A DNA stretch of 64,000 nucleotides from Eledone cirrhosa (Eukaryota), in the NCBI GenBank assembly GCA_964016885.1, contig CAXHJY010001660.1:1108-65107 (forward strand), in the 5' to 3' direction. Every line of letters starts with the position of its first letter. Position 1 is the first letter of the stretch. Shown piece by piece: positions 13,530 to 34,372 of the stretch. The position numbers were made by a program, and so were the translations under genes. The notes under the pieces are model-generated. The model was given only the letters and a program-made list of their open reading frames with translations. It was not told the DNA's origin and did no database searches.

Positions 13530-13580
13530 GGTTTCCTGATGATTTCTCCCGAATGAAACAGTTCTAGTCCTGTAGAAGCC
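13530..13580 (+). ncRNA. Type I hammerhead ribozyme motif, family A
   Basis: Same fold; stem I ggtttc/gaagcc contains one wobble. Confidence 0.7.
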
Positions 13581-13583
13581 TTT

Positions 13584-13628
<45 letters not shown>

Positions 13629-13685
13629 CTGCGCTCTGTGAAGACGTGCGAAAAATAAGTGTAGCATATTGAACAATATATATTA

Positions 13686-20733
<7,048 letters not shown>

Positions 20734-21471
20734 TAGTCAGCATATGTAGACTATTATGATAAACATAGAAACATATGCTAAAGCCACTAACTCCTTCTAC
20801 TAACACCTCTCGCCGAAGTCTATATTTTTTCATGGTACTACACTTACTTATATTATATGCTCCGTGATCTCTTCTGGACCTAAATACCATATTCTCCTGC
20901 TTGGATACTTATGATAAACGAAGGATACCGTCGAGTCAAACACTCTGGTAAGCAGATATCTTGTTTAAGCATTCATTCTTGATATACATAAACGAAACCT
21001 TATCTATCCTCTACACACACACACAAACACACACACACACACAAACAAACACACGCACACGCACATATATATAAGTTTATCCCGGGTTCAATCGGGGGTA
21101 ACCACACACGCACACGCGCCACACACACACACACACATTTATATAGCCGCCATTTCTGTCATTTTAAAGTCCGTATAACACACACGCCTTTTATTGAAAT
21201 TTTCTTTTCAGCCTATAACTTATATTGGTAACATATTTTATATAAAATCTTGGTTGGCATGAAACACATTACCGTCAAGTTGGCAAACTTTGGCTTCCTA
21301 TCAAAGATACCTCTAATTAAACAATTGGCTTGCATATCACTGCTTTCATTGCCATCATCGATTATATCATTCTGCCGTATTATAAGCAGCATTGTTTTTT
21401 TTACAGGAGCTTAGATTTGATCATTTCCAGATGACTTTCGCCAACTGAAGGAATATTTTAGGAAGTGGGCA

Positions 21472-21503
<32 letters not shown>

Positions 21504-21618
21504 TTAATTATGTATTAAACAACACAAAACAATTGTTTATTACATAATTAAATAGCTCTGTAGCATGCATAGAGCACTCTCCCTTCCTTTACCCTTTCTA
21601 CGGAAATACTTTATATAT

Positions 21619-21960
21619 ACTAGCAGAAAAACCACCCGCGTGTGCTTTTCTGCTGGCATGTGTAGTGTGTATATTGATATTATACACAAATATATATGCA
21701 TGTAAATATGATACATCAAATAAAATCGTAATTGACAATATACACAGAAATTGAACGAAGACTGTGTTACACTGTCTTATGTAATCAGTAACGTAATCCA
21801 TGATACATTTAAAAAAGACGATATTATAAATAAACTGCATTAGGAGAAAATTGTGACGAAAATATATGCGATATTTTTATAAGTGTTATAATATAACGGC
21901 CGCTAACCGGAAGTGTTGACATTTGAAAATTTTAAAGAAGTGAATCATTAAATAAGCTAT
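21619..21960 (-). mobile_element. Second Helitron-like remnant
   Basis: aCTAG followed by hairpin (tagcagaaaa...ttttctgctg). 21905-21955 resembles the Helitron interior at 20538-20590. Confidence 0.5.
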
Positions 21961-22034
21961 AAAATATATTTAATCAACAGCCACGAAATTTAGCACATAC
22001 ATTATGTAATATTCATTCATTATTTATTCAAAGT

Positions 22035-22258
22035 AAACGGCCCTTGCCATTCTGAGTTCAAATCCCGCCTAGGTTAACTTTGCCTTTTATCCTTACGGGG
22101 TCGATAAAATAAAGTACCAGTAATGCACTGGGATAATTGCTGGCCTTGTGCCAAAAGTAGAAACAATTATTTATTCAGAGTAAACCAACTTATTTTACAA
22201 ACAGGGTAAAAAAATATATTCTGGACGGAGTCCCGCACTCCTCCCTTTATTATAGTTA

Positions 22259-22297
<39 letters not shown>

Positions 22298-23340
22298 TAC
22301 TTTTTTACCTGTTCCAGCCATCCGGCTGAGGCCATATATAAATAAACAAAAACAAACCAATTAAACATAAATATGCGGTGAGGAAAAAACCCACGGTGGA
22401 TTGGCAGAGTTATTAAAATGTTGGACATCCAATAAAGTACCTGTAATGCACTGAAGTCGATTTAATCGACTTTCCCCTTCCCATAAATTGCTGGCCTTGT
22501 GTCTATATTAGAACTCGTTTCTTTGATGGTGTTGGATTGGCAGTATCGGTAGAGGGTCGGATAACATACTTTACGGCTTAGAGTTACGGCCCTTTATTTT
22601 CTGAGTTCATATATCACCGTGGTTTGATGTGCCTTTTCTCAATACGGGTGGATAAAACAAAGTACTAGCAACGCACTAGTGTCGAATTAATCAACATTCC
22701 CCTTCCTTTCAATTTGATGACCTTGTGCCAAAAGTATTACTAATATTATTTCAATAGCATGAATTGGCAGTATCGGAAGAGGGTCGGACGCCATGCTTTC
22801 CAGCATAGTTACGTCCCTTTACGGTCTGAGTGCAAATCCCGCCGAGGTTAACTTTGCCTTTCATCCTTACGGGGTCGATAAAATGAAGTACCAGTAATGT
22901 ACTGGGTATTTGATGGTCTTGTGCCAAAAGTAGAAACAATTATTTCAATAGCATGAATTGGCAGTATCGGAAGAGGGTCGGACGCCATGCTTTCCAGTAT
23001 AGTTACGTCCCTTTACGGTCTGAGTTCAAATCCCGCCGAGGTTAACTTTGCCTTTCATCCTTACGGGGTCGATAAAATAAAGTACCAGTAATGTACTGGG
23101 TATTTGCTGGCCTTGTGTCAAAAGTAGAAACAATTATTTCAATAGCATTTATTGAATGAGAAGCAAGGGATTGGTAGTGTCGTTAGAGCGTCGGACACAT
23201 TTTAGTTACGGTATTTTTCATTCTGAGTTCAAATCTCGTTGAGATCAACTTTGCTTTTGATCCTTGCGAGCGTCAACAAAACAAATGACCAGTCATTTAC
23301 TAGAGTCGACATAATCGACTTTCCATTCACCCACAAATTA
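22035..23340 (+). mobile_element. Cluster of about 6 copies of a tRNA-derived SINE
   Basis: A-box-like ttggcagtatcgg, B-box gagttcaaatcc, central ctttgcctttcatccttacggggtcgataaaataaagtaccag. Two copies form a 194-bp tandem duplication. More than 20 further copies occur in the window (e.g. 4790, 24590, 26157, 29795, 30005, 35630, 36068, 36622, 41600, 43730 on +; 1350, 30600, 44240 on -). Confidence 0.88.
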
Positions 23341-23998
23341 TGTGTAAATTAGATACAATCTTTGGAAAGTAAGGGAGGTAACTCTGAAAATATCGCAGGC
23401 TTATATTTAACATTATAGAATTCACCGAAGTAAGTTAAGCGATCGTATAAAAACTTCATCGTTGCCTCGTGGTTGGTCAAATTTAGCCCAAGGTCCAGCA
23501 GACTATGATAAAAAGAATTCGAGTCGTGACCACTTTATATTTATTAAAATATCGTGTTTCAATATGTAAGCTCATTGTGTGAGAGAGAGAGTGTATGTAG
23601 TGTATGTATGCACGTATGATATAGAAATGATATATAATATAAAATAATATACTTTTCAATTGAGTATCTTATTTAACAGTGGATTTTTGGTTTTCCTTCT
23701 GAAAACCATCACCATCTATCTATATGTATATACATACACCCCTCCCCCCCACACACATATGTAAATACGTATACACATACATACACACACATATTTATAC
23801 ACACACATATACATGTATATCAATAACGAAATGAAACAGTAATTGAAACAGAAGATACTTTGAAAAAGTATTTAAAGATAAGATCGTTTTTTTTTCTTCA
23901 TTTCTTTCTTTCTACTTGCCAGTTGCACTTGCAAGTGGCTATTCACATGATCTTCAGTTTTATTATAAATGTGCGTGCGTGTATATATTTATATATAT

Positions 23999-24483
23999 AT
24001 ATTAGGATTGGTGCTCTGAAATAGCGATGTATACATGAATGTATGTATAGTATATTTGGCAATATACCGTATGTTTAATTAAAAACATTTAGAAGACCAT
24101 TCGCTCTCAGTTTTAAAGTAGTGACTATATCACTTACTTATTATCGACAAAGGCTGGGAGAGAGGCTGACAGCTGTTTCTCGCTGTTTGGCGTTTATCAA
24201 AGCCACACTCTCACCTGCCCTTGTCAAAAATTATGGAAGCTGGATTCTTAGAGAATTCCAGTAATAATCAGGAGCTGATTACACAGAGCGATTGCCGGTC
24301 CAACAAAAATTAGGTATTAGTATTGGTGTTCTGAAATAGCGATGTATACATGAATGTATGTATAGTATATTTGGCAATATACTCTATGTTTAATTAAAAA
24401 ACATTTAGAAGACCATTCGCTATCAGTTTTAAAGTAGTGACTATGTCATTTACTTATTTTCGGCAAAGGATGGTCTTCTAAAT
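23999..24483. repeat. About 155-bp direct repeats flanking a decayed hammerhead (24164-24204 -)
   Basis: 23999-24152 matches 24316-24470. Confidence 0.8.
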
Positions 24484-25044
24484 ATACTATATATATACTG
24501 GGTCGATAAAATAAAGTACCAGTAATGCACTGGAATAATTGCTGGCGTTGAGCTCAAAAGTAGAAACAATTATTACAAGGAAGATGGTGGTGGATTGGCA
24601 GTATCGGTAGAGCGTCGGACAACATGCTTTGCAGCATAGTTACGGCTCTTTACGTTCTGTGTTCAAATCTCGCTGAGGTTAGCTTTGCCTTTCAACCTTA
24701 CGGGGTCGCACTGCGGTCGATTTAATCGACTTTCCACTCCCCCAAATTGCTGGCCTTGTGCCTATAGTAGAAATCATTACAAGGAAGAGGTGTAATATAT
24801 TTCGAAGGTACTGTGGTGTATTTTCTGTACATCCTCGTCAGATAAAATACATGAATTGATGTATGACATACCTCAACTGTCTTGATAGTTCAATTCCAGT
24901 ATTGGCAGTCAGATATATATATATGACTGTCTAGAGCTAACTCTTACACGGGAGGACGCCGTCCGTGTAACTTATGCTCGGAGGAAACATTACAAAGTAC
25001 TCTGGTGCGTTATGGTCCATCTGGTTCCTTACCACATTTCCTTC

Positions 25045-25121
<77 letters not shown>

Positions 25122-25473
25122 ATGGATGGATTACAAACGTTGTTTAACCGTTTCAAACCATTCCATTGATAGTCTATTATTGTCAACTTAATAACTGTTT
25201 CTACTTTTGGCACAAGGCCAGCAATTACTCAGTACATTACTGGTACTTTATTTATTGTCAACTTAATAACGTCTTCGTTAACTCAATTACGTCTTCGTCA
25301 ACATCCAAAACATAAACATACACATACCGGCCATAATTAAATATGGAATGATACGCGACGTAGTGCTGACGTTTTGCCAAGAACTTCTAAACTCCAGATC
25401 TTATATTTGACAAATTTAAGAGATGCCCCGCCCCCTTTAGATCCGTGATAACACTGCTACTACTTGCAGCTGT

Positions 25474-25785
25474 GAAGAGAGCAAGGCACCCAATCGGATG
25501 GTGCGGTGATGCTCCAGTTGGTAGAAGAGAGCAAGGCACCCAATCGGATGGTGAGGTGATGCTCCAGTTGGTGGAAGAGAGCAAGGCACCCAATCGGATG
25601 GTGAGGTGATGCTCCAGTTGGTAGAAGAGAGCAAGGCACCCAATCGGATGGTGAGGTGATGCTCCAGTTGGTAGAAGAGAGCAAGGCACCCAATCGGATG
25701 GTGAGGTGATGGTCCAGTTGGTAGAAGAGAGCAAGGCACCCAATCGGATGGTGAGGTGATGCTCCAGTTGGTAGAAGAGAGCAAG
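25474..25785. repeat. 50-bp minisatellite, about 6.2 copies
   Basis: Unit gaagagagcaaggcacccaatcggatggtgaggtgatgctccagttggta. Confidence 0.97.
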
Positions 25786-25850
25786 AATTCGAAGTGGAAT
25801 GTATGACTACAGATAATCCCCCTCTCTCTCTTTATATATGTGTTTCTCTC

Positions 25851-25900
<50 letters not shown>

Positions 25901-27433
25901 GGTACGTAGGTTAAGTCCATAGGGTTAGTTTGAATATAATTATTAAGGCTAGTTACTGCAACGGCCGACTGATTAAATGTCATTTGATTATAAGTATGCC
26001 AGACTAGGGATCTCTTAAGCAACAACAATATATGTGTGTATTTAACTAACTGTATATTATCAGTTCATTAAAAAAAAAAAATATATATATATATGTGTGT
26101 ATCAATTACAGTAAATATTTTGGGCAAGACAGTAAAACTAATAAGATATATTATAACGGTGGATTGGCAGTATCGGTAGAGGGTCGGACGCCATGCTTTG
26201 ACGCATAGAGTTATGGCCGTTGTCATTCTGAGTTCAAATCCCGCCGAGGTTAACTTTGCCTTTCAAACTTTACGGGGTCGATAAAATAAAGTATCAGTAA
26301 TGCACTGGGTAATGGCTGGCCTTGTGCCAAAAGTGGAAACAATTATAACTATTAGGCTTTATCACCATACCCCTGTATGTGTGCATGTTTGTCTACTTTA
26401 ATGCATAGAATATGCTCTAATTTTCTGAAGTCTTTCATCGTTACATACAAACACAAATACACACACTTATATATGCATGTTAGAATATGCATGCGTGTGT
26501 GTGTTTATATAGACAACGTTCGTTTCTTAGTCTGTATTATTGCTGACTAGGAAACTGTATTGTTTCAAATCTCCAAAGTTTCCATTCCAATATTTCATGT
26601 CATCTCCTTTTATCGTAGCTTGTGGCTTCGAAGTACGTTTGTTCTCGTCTGACATCTCATCCATTTTCCTTTGATTTTTCGTGTGGCTATTTAGTTCTGT
26701 CTATCGTCATTTTTTGATGAGTCAACTTTATCTTTTTGTCTTTTTCGCTACTGTTTTTGGAACAGGGAATAAATCAAGAAAAGTTAGCCTTGGTTACTAT
26801 CCAAAAATGTGTTGCTAGTGTTGTTAATTTATAATAGTAAAAATCAGTAAAATCCTTAAATGATCATAAAGCAAATACATATTCGGTAATTTAGATCTAA
26901 GGGAGCTAACTCTGACAAGAAATTACGCTTGTAGTTTTTGCCAAAGTTACTTTGTTGTTGCGTGGTTTTGTTTCTCTTATAGTCTGTAACTAATTGTCTC
27001 TTAAATTTGAACTTAGTCCTTCATGACAAGTATGAGATCTAAAGAAACAATGTATTTGAAGAAATTAGATATAGTATCCGGATACGAGCAGCTATCACAG
27101 ATACATATATATATAACAGAGAAAGTTATATATAAAAACGTGTAAGTTTTGTTTACATATGAAAAATATCTATTACGTGTTTCGCAGAGGATTGACTCCA
27201 TAGTTTGAGGAGCAGATCGATACTGGAGTCGGGTCCATAACTCCTATGGGTTACCTCGAGCCAAATCCTCTGCGAAACGCGCTTAACAGGTCGATACGGA
27301 AATAAATATTTTTCATATGTAAACGAAATTTCCTCGTTTTTTTCTATTATATACACTCTGCTTGTGTTTAGACTGCTTGATTTGGTACCAACACCAGGAT
27401 TTCACCGTACTCCCTACACACACACACACACAC

Positions 27434-27497
<64 letters not shown>

Positions 27498-27879
27498 GCA
27501 ATCGCTTGTAACAGATCCTGAACAAGCAATGCTTGTACTGCGAAGGTTTTTTAAGTGGGGAACGGTCTTGCACTCGGCCAATCCCACTCTCTGAGCATCG
27601 AAAACACTTCCCGAAAAGGAGAACTTGCCAACATCATCGATACATGCATGCGTATATAAATGCATACATGCATAATCCACCGATATATAATACATTCATA
27701 CATACATACATGCATACCTATATATATACGTACACCTCTAAAAAAAAAGTGGCTCTATTAGAAATAGGTTAGTTGTATTCATTCTCCGCCTATCAAATAT
27801 TTCAATTCCCCCCCCCCCCGAGTCTCTCCTTTAGCTTTAGTTAAAGTACGTAAAATACAAAATTTACTTTATATGGCAG

Positions 27880-28370
27880 ATTGAGAGAGAAAGGAAGGAG
27901 GAGAAAGAGAATAGAGGAGGGGGTAGCTGAAAGAGAGAGAGAGAGAGATAGGGGGAGAAAGAGAGAGGAGAGATAGGGGGAGAAAGATAAGAGAAGAGAG
28001 AAGGGGGTAGATGGAAGAGAGAAGAGTGGGGGATAGGGGAGAAAGGGAAGAGAGAGATAGGGGGAGAAAGAGAAGAGAGAAGGGGTAGATGAAAGAGAGA
28101 GAAGAGAGATAGGGGAGAAAGAGAAGAGATTGAGAGATAGGGGGATGATGAAAGAGAGAGAGAAAATGAGAAGAGAGAGAAGAGAGAGAGTGATAGGGGT
28201 AGATGAAAGAGAGAGAAGAGAGTGAGAGATAGGGGAGAAAGAGAAGGGTAGATGAAAGAGATAAGAAGAAAGAGATAGGGGGATGATGAAGGAAAGAGAG
28301 AGAAGGGGTAGATGAAAAAGAAAAGTGGGGATAGAAGTGAGAGACAGAACAGAAAAGGGAAGGGAATAAC
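27880..28370. repeat. GA-rich polypurine low-complexity tract
   Basis: Almost entirely G/A on the + strand. Confidence 0.9.
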
Positions 28371-28720
28371 TGTCAACAAACTTAATTAAACAAAGCTTTA
28401 GTTAAAAAAAGCTCTACACCCCTCCAACATCCAGATATGTCCGTGTACCGAGTGGTGAAGAAATATCTGAGGTTTAGAGTGGAATTAGAGAAAATAGAAA
28501 CAGCACGGCTCTTCTCTTTGAATTCATAGTTTTATATTTGATTACCTAAACAGTTCAGTCTACAGTTTAAAATATTTAATCTGTTAAAATATACTAATTC
28601 GTTGTAAAAATAATACAAAACAATACAAACATCTCTGGATGATTTTCTCCATTTAAAGTAAGAGTTGGCAAATATTGTTTTGGAGGCAAGCCAGATTTGA
28701 AATGTTTTATGTCTTGCACT

Positions 28721-28990
28721 CAGTGCCGGATTTATCCTTGTGCTTATGTGTGCTTAAGCACAAGAAGACCCATCTTCCTGCCGAAAATTCTTTTTACCTC
28801 CTTCAGAGCCCAAGTAAGGGGCCTTATAATTTAACAAGCACAGGGCCTTATTTGTCTTAAATCCGGGGCCCCGTTGGCTACGGGGACCCATCTTCCCGCC
28901 GAAATTCTTTTTTTACCTCCTTCAGAGCCCAAGTAAGGGGCCTCATAACTTAACTAGCACAGAGCCTTATTTGTCCTAAATCCGCCACTG
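28721..28990. mobile_element. hAT-type MITE
   Basis: TIRs cagtgccggattta / taaatccgccactg. Perfect 8-bp TSD cttgcact (28713-28720 and 28991-28998). Internal duplication of about 100 bp. Confidence 0.9.
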
Positions 28991-30857
28991 CTTGCACTCA
29001 AGGTGAATAAAAGAGAAATGAAAACATTATAAGTAAATATTTCCTGTCACCTCTTCAATCCTAAAAATCGATGATCCATGTTGACTTTATCCAAGTAGAC
29101 TATAAGATATTGTTAGTTTCTGGTGTTCCATTCACTTATGAAAATGAAAGAAAACATTTACTGTTTAAAATATCGCAACTGAGAAAACTTTCATTCTTTA
29201 TTATGTGAAAGAAATCCCACTTTTTTGTATTTATATAGGGCTATATATATAAATAAGGGTATTTCTCACCTGACAACTGTGGAGGAAAGCAGTCAAGCAT
29301 ATGATATCGAATGAATGGAAGTAAACATACACATACATATACAGCAGGTCCGAATACAGAGGAGCCGAGCTACCACTGTCATCGCCTCCGTCTCTCTGCA
29401 AAATGAAAGGTGGCAGAATCTGTACTCTTGAGTTCAAATCCCGCCGAGGTTAACGTTATCGAATATTTTTTTCGAGGTCGATAAAAAAAAAGTAGCTATC
29501 TATTACTGGGGTCATTTCTTCCTCTATATCTCTTCCCCAGTTCCTCTATCTCACTCTCCTACTCTCCTCATAATCGGCTGTGTTCAGACAAATGGTGGGG
29601 ATGATTTTTTGTCAAGCTTAAAGTATCCAGGGCGTGTCATATGTTATGAGGGCGTCATTACAACACCATCAGGAATTACGGGTCTACATGAACATTGCAA
29701 ATATGAAACTTATTTCGGATTCCGAGTTTTATTGTCCGTTAACTGAAAAGTAAAATAATGTTTATATTTAATGTCAATTATTCAATTAACTAGGGCAGTG
29801 GATTGGCAGTATCAGTAAAGCGTCAGACACCATGCTTTGCAGCATAAAGTTATGACCCTTTACTTTGAGTTTAAATCCTGCCGAGGTTAACTTTGCCTTT
29901 CATTCTTACGAGGTCGATAAAATAAAGTACCAGTAACGCACTGGGGTCGATTTAATCGACTTGACCTTCCCCAAAATTGATAGCCTAAATCAGAAACCAT
30001 TATTCAGGCGGTGGATTGGCAGTATCGGTAGAAGGTCGAACACCATGCTTTGACGCATAGAGTTACAGCCCTTGCCATTCTGAGTTCAAATACCGCCGAG
30101 GTTAACTTTGCCTTTTATCCTTACGGGGTCGATAAAATAAAGTACCAGTAATGCACTGGATAATTGATGGCCTTGTGCAAAAAGTAGAATCAATTATTCA
30201 ATTAACTCAGCAGGATATATGAAATACAACAGCAGGCCGCTCTTTGTCATTACACAATCACAAGTGATAAAAGTTAGTTAAGATTACTTCCCTTTAATCA
30301 TCTTCAGAAAGATGAATATTTTTATGGCGTAAACTTAATTAGTTATTGGATTTACGTGATTTACATGTACATGCGCACAAATACACACAAGCACACACTC
30401 ACTCAATCACACAAATACACACGCATTAAACTTATCCCCCAACAAAAATATGAAGATTCCAGTAAGCCCGTCAGTGTATTTGCCGTTACATGTTTATTTT
30501 TATATATTTTTGTCATATTCCACAGATCATAAAATGCTGCACCTAAATGCCGCCAGATATTTTGTGCAAGATTCTCTCACTCATAGCAATAAATAACTAT
30601 TTCTAACATTGCTACAATATCAACAATTTGGTGAAGGGTGAAGTCGATTATATCGGCTTCACTAATTGACTGGTACTTTATTTTATCAACCCTGAAATGA
30701 TGAAAGGTAAAATACTACCTCGCCGGAATTTGAACTCTGAACGTAAAGAGCCAGAACAAACATTCGTTTGTCTGCGTTAATAAACTGCACTTCGATTATA
30801 TACCTAATTTTGTAGCTGTTTATCTCTGTCAATAAATTTCTCTTTAGTTACATTTAA

Positions 30858-31067
30858 CCCGTTAATGTTCAAACCGGCCAAAACCCTGTACCTTTTTCTG
30901 TTGAAACAGGCTGTAACTGGTCCCTCAAATTGATGTTAAGGTATTGTTCTCAAAATAAATACTTTCAAAATCTCATAGATTCAATATTATGTGAGATAAT
31001 TATGTGAGATAAAGCATTTACCATGAAAATACAATGGTATATATATAGTAATGTGAATGCTAAAGGG
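30858..31067. mobile_element. piggyBac-like MITE
   Basis: TTAA flanks, CCC...GGG termini, second copy at 34937-35155. Confidence 0.75.
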
Positions 31068-31117
31068 TTAAGTGTTTTATTTTCAATTCTTATTGGTTTT
31101 GCTTTTTTTCTATCTAG

Positions 31118-31213
31118 TGCTTTTGGGGATTAATCGAAGAGTTGACTCACTCGGAAGTAGTGAATGATATCAAGAAATACTCTGGTTCCAAAGAATATAG
31201 ACAATGGTGTATG
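31118..31213 (+). CDS. RUN-domain protein exon 3: CFWGLIEELTHSEVVNDIKKYSGSKEYRQWCM
   Basis: tttttttctatctag acceptor, gtaagt donor, phase 0->0. FWxLxxxxTH matches the PLEKHM1-type RUN block. Confidence 0.85.
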
Positions 31214-31314
31214 GTAAGTTTTAAAAATGAAACTAGGTTATAATTATATTTACGTGAAAAGGATCAAATTTGTTATTTACAGTTGTATTAGTGTAGCAAA
31301 CTCCGTAGAATGAG

Positions 31315-32025
31315 AATAATACCAGGTTTACAAATAGCTAAGAGATAACTGGTGGTTGTACTGCCGTATAATGATAACACTCCAGGTTTACAGATAGTTA
31401 AGAGATAACTGATGGTTGTACTGTAGTATAATAATAACACTCCAGGTTTACAGATAGTTAAGAGATAACTGATGGTTGTACTGCCCTATAATGATAACAC
31501 TCCAGGTTTACAGATAGCGAAGAGATAACTGATGGTTGTACTGCCGTATAATGATAACACTCCAGGTTTACAGATAGCTAAGAGGTAACTGATGGTTGTA
31601 CTGCCCTATAATGATAACACTCCAGGTTTACAGATAGCTAAGAGATAACTGATGGTTGTACTGTAGTATAATGATAACACTCCAGGTTTACAGATAGCTA
31701 AGAGGTAACTGATGGTTGTACTGCCCTATAATGATAACACTCCAGGTTTACAGATAGCTAAGAGATAACTGATGGTTGTACTGCCCTATAATGATAACAC
31801 TCCAGGTTTACAGATAGCTAAGAGATAACTGATGGTTGTACTGCCCTATAATGATAACACTCCAGGTTTACAGATAGCTAAGAGATAACTGATGGCTGTA
31901 CTGCCCTATAATGATAACACTCCAGGTTTACAGATAGCTAAGAGATAACTGATGGCTGTACTGCCCTATAATGATAACACTCCAGGTTTACAGATAGCTA
32001 AGAGATAACTGATGGTTGTATTGTC
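31315..32025. repeat. 60-bp minisatellite, about 12 copies
   Basis: Unit tccaggtttacagatagctaagagataactgatggttgtactgccctataatgataacac; aligns line by line in the listing. Confidence 0.97.
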
Positions 32026-32039
32026 GTGGTTCGCTGGTA

Positions 32040-32570
32040 CCCAACTCGACAGTAAATGACTCCGTATCGGTGTTTCCCTCAGGCTCAATCTCCAGGTCTG
32101 AGAGCATCATTAGTATTCATGATAGACGTATTCCGTCTTCTTTAGCGGTCATGCCGCCTCAGTGACTCTAACCTTTCATGATATGCCACTCTCAATGAGA
32201 TCGTTAAGCGTGGCTTAGATACAGCTTTAATCGATCGGGTTCGACCGAGGGGACGGTAAAAGGCCACATGACATCACAATTTTCCCGATACTTTCTCCAG
32301 TAGGAACCTGATTAACCCAGCGTTAAATACAAGATCCTTGTCCGACAAGCTCAAGATCTCAAGTTGTTGAAGTACTGACGGTTTTAGTTTCTCATCTAAC
32401 TTACAGTGGCGCAAACATATGTCTCCTGAGACCTCGAACCACCACCTTATTTACTGTAATCGGGACAATGTTGGCCACACGCAAGAATGAGCCTTAGCTA
32501 ATAACCTGGCTTTTGCAATGCATTTTCTCCGCTACTCTTCAGGGTAATGCTTTCGCAATTTTATCCACAG
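32040..32570 (+). pseudogene. Highly decayed CRE-like fragment
   Basis: ctcaatgagatcgttaagcgtggcttaga, ggggacggtaaaaggcca and cagggtaatgc motifs shared with 42665-43110. Confidence 0.5.
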
Positions 32571-33154
32571 AGACCACGAAATAACCACCTGAGGTTTTGC
32601 ACTTCAGAGGGATAAAAAAAAAAACCTTTAATAGATTAATTTGCAGAATGTAGAATATTTAATAAAATTTATCAGAAAGTTAGTAGCTTCATCGAATATT
32701 ATTGACTATAGAAAAATAGTTTAAATAATAAGAAATATAAGACCCCTTAATAGAAAAAAATGGATATTAGCATTTGTGGGACTCGAACCCACATTTTCAT
32801 GTTTGCCGGGCAGAAATATTAAAATATTTTGAAGTTTCTTAACCTCAGAATTAAGCCATTCCATTATTTAGTTATGTTATAAAAAATGAAATGTAAAGGA
32901 ATTTTTGATGACATTAATTTAGTACAGAGGAACATTTTTTTTTAATCAACTAATTACAACAACGTTATGAACTTAAAATAAAATCCTCCCCAAACTGATA
33001 TTTTCAGTGTTAATGTTTTGAGATAGAATAATTGATAAATACAAGGCGGTTAATACACAATGTGAACAGTAAATTTAAAGTTTCATATCTTAAGTAATGA
33101 CTGTTTACGATATAGCATTTATTAAGTCTTCATTTCGATATTTTCCTCTTATAG

Positions 33155-33228
33155 ATATGGGTACTTCAAGTGATAGACGAAGGTATGCTCTCTTGTTACC
33201 TCACCTCCATGAATGGGAAGCTGCTGTC
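33155..33228 (+). CDS. RUN-domain protein exon 4: IWVLQVIDEGMLSCYLTSMNGKLL
   Basis: ttttcctcttatag acceptor, gtaagt donor, phase 0->2. Matches the RUN 'W..L...G.L..YL' block. Confidence 0.85.
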
Positions 33229-33516
33229 GTAAGTATATAATATCTCGATATTTCCACTTTTGTTAGGTAATCGTTTGGAACGTGATTACAATAAGAAATT
33301 CTAATGAGTGAACACATTTTAATAGTGTGTACGCACGCACACACATACACACACTACATTATAATTTGAAAATATGAGCGTCCCAAATGCAGAAAATGAT
33401 TGTAACAACAGTCGATCTCTATAAAGGGTAATTCCGAAAATTGTGTATTAAAATTGTGACAATGCTTCTAAAATCGCCTCAAACGAATATTCAATGTGTA
33501 TGTATGTATATATATA

Positions 33517-33849
33517 TATTGTTATACTTTGGGAGGGTCATGTTGCCAATAAGAAACACACGCACCAGTTGCTTTCACTTCAATTTATTATAATAAATTT
33601 ATAAATTTAGGAATTTATAAATTTCCGGTTGGTTGGTTGGTTCCACAACCAGATGGTTGTTTATATATTGTCAAAGTTCTTTCATCACATATTCTGTGAC
33701 CTCTTCGGTGACTGGGGATTCTTTTCTTTGTTTTTGTGCCTCTCCTTTGTTCTGTCCTACGCCATCTTGTTTCTGTGTGTGTTGAAGTGAAAGCAACTGG
33801 TGCGTGTGTTTCTTATTGGCAACATGACCCTCCCAAAGTATAACAATAT
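33517..33849. repeat. 68-bp perfect inverted repeat of a PLE-like terminus with a decayed hammerhead (33670-33712 -) in the spacer
   Basis: Arms 33517-33584 and 33782-33849; same family as 2335-2600. Confidence 0.88.
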
Positions 33850-33914
33850 CGGTTTCAACACACGTTTTCAGATAAAGAGTATTGCTAAACAAATTCTGAA
33901 ACGAAATATATATA

Positions 33915-33967
<53 letters not shown>

Positions 33968-34138
33968 TGTCTAAGAAAAACAAATACTAGACGTGAAGTA
34001 TAGAAAAATGAAGAATTTAATCTAAAGTTCGTTCTTTAACATATGTTTCAATACAATATAAGTCTACATAATGCTGATTGCATAATAATATCATTATGCC
34101 CATTCATTAACAATACATTAAATATTGCATTTCTTCAG

Positions 34139-34168
34139 AAAGATTTCAAAAATATATCAAAGTATGAG
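34139..34168 (+). CDS. 30-nt symmetric microexon (SKISKIYQSM), possibly alternative
   Basis: ttcttcag acceptor, AG/gtaagt consensus donor, phase 2->2, open in frame. Confidence 0.6.
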
Positions 34169-34372
34169 GTAAGTTTGTCGCAACTTGCAGTGAAGATATT
34201 TCTACTGCTTTCCGCTGTGAATGTGAGAGAAGGAGAAATGGTTTACATTTAGATATTTGCCTTTCATCCCTACGAGGTCGATAACATAAAGTACCAGTAA
34301 TGTACTGGGTAATTGCTGGCCTTGTGCCAAAAGTAGAAACAATTATCTTAAGAGGAACATTTTTATTTTCAG

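Noticed and set aside
21407-21465. Acceptor-like tttttacag followed by a possible exon
   Set aside because: Stops in all three frames before a plausible donor.
30526-30590. Possible exon HKMLHLNAARYFVQDSLTH
   Set aside because: Wrong phase between exons 2 and 3, no GT donor before the stop, and the RUN alignment is complete without it.
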